From: Basidiobolus meristosporus CBS 931.73
Lineage: Eukaryota > Fungi > Basidiobolomycota
Length of the DNA: 64,000 nt
Direction of reading: 5' to 3'
Assembly: GCA_002104905.1 (NCBI GenBank)
Contig: MCFE01000080.1
Coordinates: forward strand, 1 to 64,000
Notes under the pieces: model-generated
What the model saw: only the letters and a program-made list of their open reading frames with translations
The model's database searches: none
Told to the model about the DNA's origin: nothing
Made by a program: the position numbers and the translations under genes
In this document: positions 24,668-36,380 of the stretch, piece after piece
Layout of the letters: every line of letters starts with the position of its first letter
Numbering within the stretch: the stretch's first letter is position 1

Positions 24668-27600
24668 TGCAATAGAAGACAAACGATGTTATCTCAGCAC
24701 ATCAGCGAGTATCTTATATAAGTTCACTTGACGAATCATTTAAGCAGTTATTGCTTTCGTAATTTACTGGTAAACCTAAAGTGGTACGACGATGAGTAGC
24801 GCTTGATGTGCATCTGTGGCATCTGATTCGCCCGAGACTAGCTTTTTATCCCAAATAGAACCAGCTTGAAACATTTCCGAGACATGCCAGTATGCCAAAA
24901 GCCCAAGCACTCAGTGGTTTACAGTTAGGGGCTAACTCGAGATAAGATGGCATTCACCGAGGCTTAAGCACAGCACAAGTCATTCCATTACAGAGTGGTA
25001 CAACCAGATGAACACCTGTATCCGGATCCATCACCTGAGAGTGAGGTAAGCTTCTCTCGAAGCCCATTGAAGTCTCTGGGAATGAAACCGGCTCCAACGT
25101 CATGCTAACGTCTTGGTTTCTCATCATTTCAACGCATAAGCATAGGCAGCCAATCTAGCCAAAAATATTCTTCCCTCACCCTCTGAATTGGTCATCAAGC
25201 AGAAGTATGCCCATCCATTTACTAGATACACGTGCAAACGGCATCTTTCCTGGCGCGATTGGCATAGCGTGAGAACCTGTTTACGTGCACACCAAGGTTT
25301 CTGGAGCAGTAGCCCTTTGAACTTGAGCACACTCCAGCCATTGGCCCTAAACCAATGGGATGGCGCCTACTGATGGTTGTGCTAGTGGGTTGATTTGCAT
25401 TCCCGAAGTTTGAGCAGCCATAGGATCTCTACTGTAGATCAAGTACATAACTCTTTGGCTCCCAGTCATATAAACCACAAGTGGCTCAAAAAGCCGAGAG
25501 TGTACTTGCTTGGCGCTTTTTTTCAGCACCGATTTCTTGTTTCGGTCGATCTGGGCAAACATTTTGGCTACAGCATTGGCAATAGATGTCTTCATTGCTG
25601 ACTAACTGAAATGAGAGGATTATTGATTTTTTGTTGTGAAAAACGACAACTAATGACTGTAAATCTGCGTGGCAGGCCTACTAAAGGAAAATGACTCTTC
25701 ATGGCCATCTGTATGCCACTTCTTGACAATTACCATGCTGGAACCAATCATATATGCTTGGGATATCCAATTGCCCACACTACCAGGAGTCGATTCTTGA
25801 TTCATCGTAAATCATGGACAGATTGACCTACTATTTCTCGATTAATCTGATCGAGTGGTGTTCACCAAGTTTCCCGGGATGGCCAATAAGCAACAGCATG
25901 GTTAAATCTGGAAGTCAGAATGCTAGACATAAATGGATGAACCTCACCAAAACTCGATTTGCTTGAATAGTCGTTCAAGCCTCAAGTTCCTTAAATATCT
26001 ATTGCCTACACAAATGGAGAAATTTGCATCCTAACCGTGAATTATGGTCTCGTGAAATATGTATGGAGAACCCAAAGGCCAAGCTGATGTCGGCACCGCG
26101 CCAGGCATAGGGATATTGCGGAGTAGACTGTTCTAGAGTTGATGTAAGAAGGCAATCGGTTAAATTGCCTATCGACCTAGGACGATGCTCGGCACCATTT
26201 CACAATATGAGGCTTTTCAATGTAGAGCGTTCACCAAGTTGGTCACAGGGCCACCATGCCTTTCTCATACAGAACCATCTCCACTCCATCGAATTTCCTG
26301 GAATACCCCGATACAAATATTGGGCATTGCGCTGGCCCAGTAATTTGCACCAATTGCCTAGACGGTGCTACGAAGTCCATGCAATCCCTTATTTCACTGC
26401 TCGGATGATCATACCTCCTGCCCACCAAATCCCCTTTGATCCCACTTGGCTGGAGTTGGCTCATTTGTATGGTCCATGGAAACTGGCAGCGAACACCCCA
26501 CTGTCGTCAGGGATACATACGACATAGACGCTGGCGTGTGAGCTAGATTAAAGTGTAAAACATGTGACATAGGCTATTACGTCTATCTGACCAGCTGGAC
26601 AACGCTGAGGTTGGTTTTCTTCCCGAATGGCCTGGTCATATCCAGCGCAGCTGAGCCGGGATCTCCAACGACCTATTCCATCATGAATCCAAGAGGCTGA
26701 ACCCACTCGAACAAATATATTCATAATTCGTATAACCCAAGGCCTACGTTTACCACATATATTATGGTATCGAGAACTTTCCATTTCTAGCTGCAATTAA
26801 TATTCGAAAGTGATGTTGTCTCAGCTTCCTAATAAAGCAGCGCACCTTTCTACCAGTCCGTCATGTTGTAGAGTGGTTCCTTGCTGGAAAATATATTTGG
26901 AAGAAAGCTCGTACCAAAGATGGCATCCTTCCCATTTTATTCAAGGTTGTCACATTCGTGGCTGAGTTTACTGGTGTCTGATCAAGGACTGGAATAGGGG
27001 CAGGTGGCTCTACAACGCTTTCGCTACCATTGACCTGGGAGTCGTACGATCATTGCAGGCGAGAATGGTGGCCTGCTGTATTGGCCTATGTTACGGCCCT
27101 ACGCATTTCGTAATTGTTTGGGCATGGATACGGATTGCGTTGCAACCAGTTGACGAGTGGTTTGTTGGACGGAAAATCCGTAATTCTTTGGCCTAGTTCC
27201 TCTGAATGGCCACCTATCTAAATGGTTATGTCAGCTGCATCCCAATTTGGCAGCGGAATAATGATTTCGTTACCCATGCATATTTGCTAGGTCAATTTTG
27301 TGGCTCATTTCTCGCCGGGATACCCCGGTCGGTAGTAACTAACGTTGGCAGAGCTAAAATGCATGGCTATAAATGAGAATTGGATGCACCAGAATTGAAT
27401 CAAATCTAATATTCATTTCCACCTGCTTGGAGGTTATCTGTCCGGTAGTACTCCGAAATGTCTCCCATCACTTTGGATGAAAAACAAATGAGCGTTTTGC
27501 TTGACCTGGAGAGTCAGTTCACCATCTCCGAGGAAAAGCTCAAGGAAATTGTGGATTCTTTCCTCCACGAGATGGAGTTGGGATTGAAAGCTTCTGGCCA

Positions 27601-28749
27601 AAACCTTGCCATGCTTCCTTCATTCGTCACCGGTCGTCCCACTGGTCAGGAAAAAGGAAGTTTTCTGGCTTTAGACTTGGGCGGTACCAACTTCCGCGTC
27701 TGCCAGGTCGATTTGAAGGGAAACAGCGAGTTCTCTATCGCCCAACACAAATACACCGTCTCGGATGAGTTGAAGAGTGGTGATGGTAAACTCTTGTTCG
27801 ATTTCTTCGCCAACTGTATTGAAGATTTCATTACCGTGCATCCTGCAGCTGAAGCTCTTCGTCAGGCTTCAGTCATCCCGCTTGGCTTCACCTTCTCTTT
27901 CCCAATCAACCAGACTGCTATCAACCGTGGCAAACTCTTGCAATGGACCAAGAGCTTCACAGCAACCAACGTGGTTGGCCATGATGTGGCCCAGCTGCTG
28001 CAGGATGCCTTGAACCGCAAGCACTTGAACAAGATCAAGGTTGCTGCGCTGGTGAACGACACGGTCGGAACACTTCTCGCTGCTGGATACGCCGAGCCCA
28101 CAACCACTGCTGGTGTGATCTTTGGTACAGGCACCAACACCGCGTACCTTGAGCGGATTGAGGCCATTCCCAAGTGGGATGGGCCCAATGATGAGGCGGA
28201 GATGATTGTGAACATGGAGTGGGGAGCCTTTGGCAACGACAAGAAGGTCCTTCCAGTGACGAAGTATGACAATCGCTTGGACAACTCATCCCCTGCACCA
28301 TTCCATCAAATCTTTGAGAAGATGATCTCTGGACTGTATCTTGGAGAGATTACGCGCAACATACTTATCGACCTGATAGACCGTAATATCATCTTCGGAT
28401 CGCGCTGCTCGAAGGAGATGAATGAGCCGTTCAACTTCGACACAGCTTATGTCTCATCGATCATTTCTGATAACAGTGCGGATCTTGAGGAGGTCAGGCT
28501 GGTCTTGGAGAATACAATGGGAATCCCCGAGACCTCAGCTGGAGAACGACTCCTGGTGAAGTCGGTGGCTCAATTAGTATCCGAGAGAGCAGCGCAGCTT
28601 AGTGGAGCAGCACTGGCAGCTGTGCTTTTGAAGCGGAAGGATCTTCTCGCGGAAAAGGTGACAGTTGGTATTGACGGAACAGTGTATCAATTCTTGCCTG
28701 GATTCAAGGAGTCGTTGATCAAGGTTCTTGAGCAACTTCTTGGCAAGGA
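23391..28749. repeat. Inverted repeat with arms 23391-24268 and 27872-28749 (about 878 bp, about 98.5% identical) inside the two hexokinase CDSs
   Basis: Manual base-by-base comparison gives about 13 mismatches, only one of them in 27872-28386. The antisense ORFs in the supplied track are also nearly identical between the arms. Confidence 0.95.
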
Positions 28750-28840
28750 AAGAGTCGAGAAGGTGCAATTGGTGTTGGCCAAGGATGGTAGTGGAGTAGG
28801 CGCAGCCTTGACTGCTATGATGGCATCCAAACTCTCTTGA
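27458..28840 (+). CDS. HXK: Hexokinase, copy B (intronless), divergently oriented from copy A
   Basis: Same motif set as copy A in a 460-aa ORF. Confidence 0.97.
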   Translation: MSPITLDEKQMSVLLDLESQFTISEEKLKEIVDSFLHEMELGLKASGQNLAMLPSFVTGRPTGQEKGSFLALDLGGTNFRVCQVDLKGNSEFSIAQHKYTVSDELKSGDGKLLFDFFANCIEDFITVHPAAEALRQASVIPLGFTFSFPINQTAINRGKLLQWTKSFTATNVVGHDVAQLLQDALNRKHLNKIKVAALVNDTVGTLLAAGYAEPTTTAGVIFGTGTNTAYLERIEAIPKWDGPNDEAEMIVNMEWGAFGNDKKVLPVTKYDNRLDNSSPAPFHQIFEKMISGLYLGEITRNILIDLIDRNIIFGSRCSKEMNEPFNFDTAYVSSIISDNSADLEEVRLVLENTMGIPETSAGERLLVKSVAQLVSERAAQLSGAALAAVLLKRKDLLAEKVTVGIDGTVYQFLPGFKESLIKVLEQLLGKERVEKVQLVLAKDGSGVGAALTAMMASKLS

Positions 28841-31492
28841 ATTATGCTCAGATTGTAGAATGATGACGTATATTTCCAAATGCAAATCATCCGTTTCCCG
28901 GGCAGTGTAAATTAAACAAAATAAAAAATTCTAGTATATTCCCGATTTCTATTTGGCAAACGTGTTTCATAATGTAGTATTGGAGTGGTTTCTATTCTTG
29001 AACGGTGGGCCCTTGTTTTAGAAGTGATAGCTGAGCTGAAGGACCGGGTACTTTATCCCTGAATTTGGAACAGATGAGCTCGAATTGGGTACAGGATACT
29101 CCGTCATCTTGAGGACAAATTTGGCACAGAAGACATCCGTTTTGATGGTTGGTTTTGCCAGGTATGGCCGTATCAGCGAATTTGGTATTCTGGCCAAAAA
29201 TTGGTAGTCCATCCATATATAGGTCGACATTTGCGGATAAATGGATGTTTACCACAATAACTCCGCTCAAAGACAAGCAACCACCCCGGCAACTAAATCA
29301 GTTTTCTCAGTTTGGAAGCTACTGCTGCTACTTTGATGACCGTACTTACGGAGGCTTTAGGCTCGTGATTCGCACCATGCTCTATGGCTACGTCGAGGCC
29401 TTAGTTGTATCTTTCGGATATATACATACAAAAGAATGTCCATGCTTTGATACCAATATAGCTCCAGTTTGGATGGGTTACAGAGTTAGGACCAAGAGCC
29501 AGTGTAAGCCGTTGGCGGTCGTGGAAAATGATGGAGCATTCATTCCAAATATTTCAAACAATGCCTTGCTAAACATTGATTCGTAGGACACATGTAACAG
29601 CGAAACGTTGTGTGGAGTGTTTATCTTGGGCCACCACTGCGACATGACTTGATTGCTAATCAACTATCTCGCATTAACCACATATCTAGGTTATAGTATG
29701 TATGCACTTGGCTGCATCAAATTGACTTGCCTATCTACTCGAACGAAACAACATGGCATACATTCTCCGATCAGGATACCCTCTGCAGTGCTAAGATTTA
29801 ACGAGGACTTCGAATGCCTGTTTCAGGCTTACAAGATTCCATTCCGCCACAGATCTGTGCATCGCTTGGGACATCTAGCGCCATTAAGTATCTGAAAGGT
29901 ATCGGATTGGACTGTGTTGTGTCACAGGCAATTATGGTTAAATTGTGTGCATAGAGGTTGTCACAATCGCCCACGATTTAAAGCCGTGACGTATATGATT
30001 CATCCAAACCTTCAACTCCATCCAACACACTCACCTACCTCCTTGATATAATGTCCAACCGTGAATCTATACAACAGAATACACTGACAACGCTCCATCA
30101 TGCTGAAATTTATGCTTTTGATCGGAGACACCTTGGTTTCCTATTTGTTTTTCCCTGGTGACAGAAATCCCCCATTGAAATGCTCCTATCCACACTTTTC
30201 GATAGGCCAGCTTGACAGGGGGAACTCTGATGCAGGTGGATGAATAGGAGCTGACTATATCAGGAAGAATGGTTGTCACTGTGCCCAATGTTTCTGTCTT
30301 TGTAATCTCACATGGAGTTGGGATTTACCACTTCAGGCGGATGAAGACTCCCCACTGATATGTCCGTGACACGTCGATTGTCGCCCAGAAATATGTCAAC
30401 TCCAGCGGGGCTCTCTTTTTTAATGTCGACAACATCAGTAGGGTGCTGCCTCAGAAAATAGTGTCTTCTCGTCGCGTGTGCCTTACTTGGATGTGCAATG
30501 AATTGCCCAAGGTAAGGCAGCGATGTTAAGTCGATATCTCACTGGGTGTATATTCGGAGTCCATCGCATACCGAAGAAGATCAGAGGTTGGATGCAGCTG
30601 CCTTACTGGCTTGATAGCCAATCTGCCTGATAGTCTGCATAACCAATGCACCATTGTACATGATACAGAGTCTGTGGAAAGTCAGTACTCGCGTAGCTAG
30701 AAGATCGAACCTGATTGTCTGATTGGTGTTGCATTGGGTAGACCAGATGCAAGATGATGTTAGCCAGGGAAAATGACATGACATAGCTAGGAGGTTGCAT
30801 AACTTCAGTAACGATCATGGCAAGTTCTGATTCCAGATGGCTTCCGATCTCTTCACAAATCAGTCGCGCCCATCTCAGGCATTAAATTACGGGATGCCAG
30901 CCTTGGGGGATAGGGTCAGTTCCATTCAATAAGCAATCCCACACACAGCTGATCAGGTTGGGTTTAATGACTGATGTAGAGTAACGTCAGTTGCCGGAGT
31001 GTGCCTCTGTTACCTTGAAATGATGTAGCCAGTGATGCCACGGCCGACCGAATCACCAACAGCGCGAGATGATTGGAATCCGCTGTGCTGAACGATGAGT
31101 GGCTGGTTCAGATTCAAGATCATTAGTATCCATGCTTGTTCATAATTGCTTTTGCTCGAAGATGCTCTCCTGAATGCAGCATCTCACTCCCCAATACATC
31201 TTGGCCGGCGCTAGGTTGGGTCACTAGTCTAATGGAAGCGCTAGTATTACTTCATGTGCGCTCTTGTGTCTTAGTTACCAATGGCATTGTGGGGAAGTAC
31301 AACAGTAGCCACTTACCTAGTATTCCCACTAAGAAGCATCCCTATTTGTAGTCCCTTAATTCTTAATTACCAAAGAGGCCCATCAGCTGGCCATCAGCAC
31401 CAATGTGAATCGAGAAACACCGCTCTGCAGCTACATATAAAGCGGAGCCCTCCTTCCTAACCCACCGTATCCCACATCGAATATTTTCTACC

Positions 31493-32971
31493 ATGTTTAG
31501 TAAGAAAATCCAAGGAAACCCGGATGTAATACTTCGTGACTCCAAAGATGTCGCCTTCACACCATACATCTGGTTGTGTGGCACGACTGCCGCACTCGCC
31601 TCGTTTACTGCCGGCTACAACAGCGCCGCTCCTAATACTCCGGAGTCTATAATTAGAAATTGTGAGACTGAGGGTGACGAGGGCGGCTTCCCTCGCTGTA
31701 TCTCGATGAGCTCAGGAACTTGGTAATGCCATTGGCGGATGATTGAATGCCCGTTGGACCGACCCACTAATCCATTTGGTTGATATAGGGGATTGGCGGT
31801 TGGGATTCTAGCGATCGGAGGTCTTATAGGCGGTCTAGGTGCAGGCCCCGCGGCTGCCAAGTTAGGCCGTAGGCTGACTTTGTTATTGAACAACATATTT
31901 TTCATTGCTGGCGCAGTGCTGGTTGCTACGGCAACAACAACTGTACAATTCATCGTCGGTCGCGTTGTCACCGGTGTGGGCTGCGGGGCAGGCTCGGTGG
32001 TTGCACCCATGTACGTGGCCGAGGTCTCGACTGACGGAGCTCGTGGTGTGCTGGGGATCATGTACCAACTTTTCATGGTGTTGGGCATTCTAGTGGCTGA
32101 CTGCATCGGCCTTGGTCTATCCAATATCCCCGGGTGGCGGTTTCTCTTTGGGATTGCGATCATACCGCCGTTCCTACAGGTGGTACTACTACCGTTCTGT
32201 ACAGAGACTCCAAGCTACTTGCTGACCAGAAACAAGGTTGATGAGGCACGTATGGCGCTGCAAAGATTGAGAAAAGGTTGCGTAATCGACGCTGAATTCG
32301 AGCAACTCTGTTCCGCCGCTCACAACGAGGGCTCAAATGCGGGCGAGAATCTCAGCATCTGGCAGGTGGTGAGGGATTCCCACCTTCGCGGATTGCTCGT
32401 CATAGCCATCATCACGCATGCCTTCCAACAGCTCTCAGGGATCAACAGCGTTATCTACTATTCCACGTCTATCTTCAACGGGATTTTCGGCGTGGATAAT
32501 TCTCAGTTCGTGACGGTCGGTGTTGCCGGCCTCAACCTCATCATGACGTTCGTCTCGGTCGCTTTGATTGACCGCGCCGGTAGAAAGCCGCTGTTATACA
32601 GCAGCGGTATCGGTATGTGCATATGCTCCGTGTTGATAGTGGTCGCGTCGAGGTTCGAAGTGAATGTCTTGATGGTGATAGCCGTCATGCTGTTTGTGGC
32701 ATCGTTTGCCGTGGGCCTTGGTCCCATTCCATGGATGCTGGTGCCAGAACTAGTACCTACCTATGCGGTAACCGCAACTAGCTCAACAGCCACCGCCGTG
32801 AACTGGCTGTGCAATTTCGTGATTGGTCAGGTATTTCCCCCGATGAAGGATGGCCTACAGGATTTCGCGTTTTTGCCGTTTGCGGTCGTCTGCCTACTGG
32901 GCTCCGGCTACACCTACTTCTTTGTCCCGGAAACGAAAGGCCGTAGGCTGTATGAGGGCCAAGAGGCCTAG
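31493..32971 (+). CDS. MFS sugar porter, GLUT/YBR241C-Vps73-like; exons 31493-31722 and 31789-32971
   Basis: 66-nt GT..AG intron (31723-31788). Motifs GYN, GRR, GRVVTG, PMYVAE, PETP, QQLSGINSVIYYS, DRAGRK, GLGPIPW and PETKGR. Confidence 0.93.
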
Positions 32972-33361
32972 GTGGGGGAGGGGGCATTTTGATGTCGATC
33001 GTTGACTCCCTGGCATAATATTGCTCAACTAGCAAGACTCCATTAATTTTGTAATGTGTCTAATACATCATGAATCTTGTTGATCAGAATCTTTGTGTAT
33101 TATGAGTAAACACAACGTATTTCATGAAGCACGAACCAGCAAGCATCGGGCTTTGCCAGATGCACATTCTGCCAAGTGGCACTCGATAGCCATACTACTG
33201 GTTGCTCAAACGGGCCAACTGCATGACGATGGGCAATTGGCTGGGTGCATTCATGTGACGGCTTCTGCGCTCGCGCCAATCATATCGTCGTGTTTATCAC
33301 TCATGGGCTTACTGTGGCCTATAGACGACCACCGAGTGCATCAATCACATGACTTGCCAGG

Positions 33362-34350
33362 ATGCACTTGCGTTTTTCACAAGAACCATGCAACCAGGTT
33401 ATTCTGGGAGACAAGGAGAATATGTACACCTTTTCAGGAGATAGCTGGGTTCCCCACGAGCAGAATTTGGCAATTCCACCAAAGTCGTACAGCCAGCTGA
33501 GGATAGTGACGTACAACATCCATTTCGACAAACGCAACTACCAAACCCGCATCAAAGCCGTCCTCCACGAGCTCAAGAAGCAAGATGCTGACATAGTTTG
33601 TCTTCAGGAGATGATTCCTTTATTCTTGCCGGTATTTTTGGAAGATCCTTGGGTTCAGCAAAAATACCTGGTTTCTGATATCCACGGTCTCTCCTTCGCT
33701 CCCTACGGAGTATTCGCTATGACGAGACTGCATGATGTCCGGAATCGCTTGCGGTTGGTCTCCTTCCAGTCTCATATGAGTCGGAAGTTACTGATACTGG
33801 AAACCACCATCAACGGAAGAAAGGTACCGTGAACTATGCGCATTGCCTTTCTGACTGATTATTGAGTGTGCTCTTGAACCTACAGATCAACTTTGCCACC
33901 TCCCATTTCGAGAGTTTGGAATACAGCAAGAGCATGCGTCTGCAACAGTTCAAACATACCATGACTACTCTAAGCGACGGGGCGGCAGAGAGTTCGTTGA
34001 TTGTGGGCGATTTTAACATGTGCGACGAGCATGAGGAGGACCAAATCTTTCCTCTCAATGGGTTCCAGGATTGTTGGAGCCTGTTACGACCCGAAGACCT
34101 GGGCCATACAATGGGTGTCAACTACCCTCACCCTAAGTATCGTCCCATTCGGTTTGATCGAGTGAAGTTACGCAATGAAACGGACGAGGAGGTCCTCACC
34201 CCGATATCTATCCACACTTTTGGTGGGGATGCTATCGAGGCCACCGTAGGCCACCCCGTTTACCCCTCGGACCATCTCGGTATTTGCGCGTTGTTCTCAG
34301 TAAAAGGGCAACAGGATCGTGGTCATCCCTTGGAAAACGTCTTACCCTAA
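33362..34350 (+). CDS. Exonuclease/endonuclease/phosphatase-family enzyme, TDP2-like; exons 33362-33823 and 33886-34350
   Basis: Motifs TYNI, CLQE, TSHFES (TDP2 has TSHLES), GDFN, D.W..L..E..G.T, RFDR and PSDH. Intron 33824-33885. The start could be ATG 33362 or 33421. Confidence 0.85.
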
Positions 34351-35059
34351 GTTGCTAAAAATGCTCCCGAAGTATTATGTATCTTTCAAGCACGCCGAAT
34401 CATGAACACCCGCAGGTCTAATGACCCAAGCAGCAGCAGACCTGTCTTGCAAGTATAAATGAACTATCACTATCACTGTCACCGTCACTGCCACTGTCGC
34501 CTTGGGCTACTGTATATCATGCTCTCTTGTTAGTATAATCTCGAATCCAAGATTAAATCGCGCTGCCCTAATACCAATGCCCCCCTCTCCGTGACGACTG
34601 TTGGCCTTGGGATCTGGCCTAGTATCCAGTTAATCAGTATTTCTTGCCTATCCAGAATTTCTAGCAGCAACGGTTCAGTCGGGATATACATCAATAAAGT
34701 TGACTTTGGATGATGACATCAGAGGAGATTTGGGGTAAGAACATCGAATCATTCAACCTCAGCCATAATCCCTATGGAGAATCTCATACTTGGGATTTGT
34801 CTGATAATCTGCTGGTATTCTTCTGGTATTCTAATGATATTTGACCAGCATTCAGCGGATATTATTCCTTCAAATTTTCAGTTGTAATTCTTTGTGGACG
34901 TTGTGATTAGCTTATTGCCAAATTTGGTATGAATGCTATTTAGCCCAGTCTGCTCCTAAAAAATATGTCTGCCTGTCTGCCAAGTAACTAGCACCTGAAA
35001 CATTGAGAAATGTAAGTTTGGAGGAACTTGCAATGCAGCTGATATTGGTTGTAAGAGTC

Positions 35060-35773
35060 TTGTGGTGCTTCAAAGACTGTACAGTGTTCCTCTGCTGTTA
35101 CATTGGAAAATGGCTCAATTCTGTTCTGTGGCATTGAGCTACTTGAGTTCCTTCTTTGCAGCAAAGATACTGCATTCTCTATCCAGGATATTGATTGCTT
35201 TACATGCATTATCCACTTATCCTGTCTCTGGACTGTATCCTGCTTTCTCTGGGCCATTGCATCTATCCTATCAGCCACTGTACCCAATTGCCTCATTAAT
35301 GCTTTGGTATGGGCTGATAACATACTTGCAAATACTGGTGACAGTGATGTTATCATGGTCATTTGCTGTTCTTCAACTGGAGGTACTCTGTTTGCTGCAT
35401 TCTCATCTGCCTGAGCATTATGATTAGCTCATGGCTCTGCAGAGATTCTCAACTGCCTAATTGACTGAGAACCTGGGGGGTCTGCATTATTACCTTCAGT
35501 GGGCACACTCTTTATGTGGGTTTTTTTGGATGTAGCCCCACCTGTTGCCCTGAATGTCAAAGCAAGCTGTTGACCAGTTATTCTTCTGCTGCTATCAGCC
35601 ATGGGGTTTGGTAGGGAACCAGACAATTTTGCTTTATTTTTTGGCAGCACATATATGGAAGTGGGTCAAATTATAGGAGATATAGTATTACATATATATA
35701 TGTATGTGGTGCTACAACTTTATTTATAATGCTTACTATGGTGGGTCATCATTTAATCTTACACTTATGTAGG
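35060..35773 (-). mobile_element. Truncated copy C of the CACTA-like family (5' part of accessory gene plus promoter region)
   Basis: Colinear with about 38240-38950 and about 45155-45860; encodes PKNKAKLS and LASMLSAHTKALM. It is cut at 35774 by an LTR. Confidence 0.85.
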
Positions 35774-36380
35774 TGCTGTAGTAATTCCACCTAAATATTC
35801 ACCTAACTTAGTCACTGATATCATTACCTACAAATCTTAGAGAATACTGACCAAACTCCATGCTGGGATCTACTTGGAGTGTTTTACACCAAAACATCAC
35901 ATGCTCAGAGCAGGTGATTTCTCAGAATTGTCCAGACAGCCCCAAACTTTGCACACATGGTCTGGAGACCTTCATAAGTATACTCTGCATTTTTATTCTG
36001 ACAATACAATGAAAAATATCATTGCTGCTTTTACATTCAACAGATCATTGAATGAAACCACATACTCTACATGTTCTCCCAATCATTTCTAATATTGCAG
36101 ACACTCCTACTACTGGCTATAAGCCTTGAGCTGTCACTCTCTGCAATGTTTACTACTGCTATTACAGGAAGTTACACTCTGATCAATGTTGGATGGATCT
36201 AACAACTAAGTCTGGAAGGTGAAGATGGAGATGCTGCTGCATGAAAGAAGCCATTGAGATATGGCTAAGGGTGAATAGTGCACTCCTGACTATGTAGGAG
36301 AAGAAGCCCCAAAGTGCTTGATGAAAGAACAAAGTGCCTTTACCAAAAATTGTCTCAATTTCAATGACAAATTGCCAACA
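35774..36380 (+). mobile_element. Ty1/copia relic: ~340-bp LTR, PBS-like sequence and start of gag
   Basis: The LTR is the reverse complement of 55378-55723. It is followed by TGGCTATAAGCC (about 36114, resembling the copia GGTTATGAGCC PBS) and WKVKMEMLLHER, which matches the gag relic at about 55230-55280. Confidence 0.7.

Noticed and set aside
25124-25595. Protein-like short minus-strand ORFs in the hexokinase spacer (MKTSIANAVAKMFAQ...)
   Set aside because: No recognisable motif and no convincing splice path; cannot be supported without expression data.
28826-28840. SKL near the C-terminus of hexokinase B as a peroxisomal signal
   Set aside because: The protein ends S-K-L-S, so SKL is not terminal. 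The stop context is not the TGA-CTA readthrough type, and readthrough of copy A does not give a PTS1 either.
34463-34501. Hexamer run ACTATC/ACTGTC/ACCGTC
   Set aside because: A short degenerate microsatellite in a probable 3' UTR with no further structure.
35048-35062. TTGTAAGAGTCTTG matching the copia LTR end
   Set aside because: Only about 14 bp at a junction; too short to call a separate LTR.
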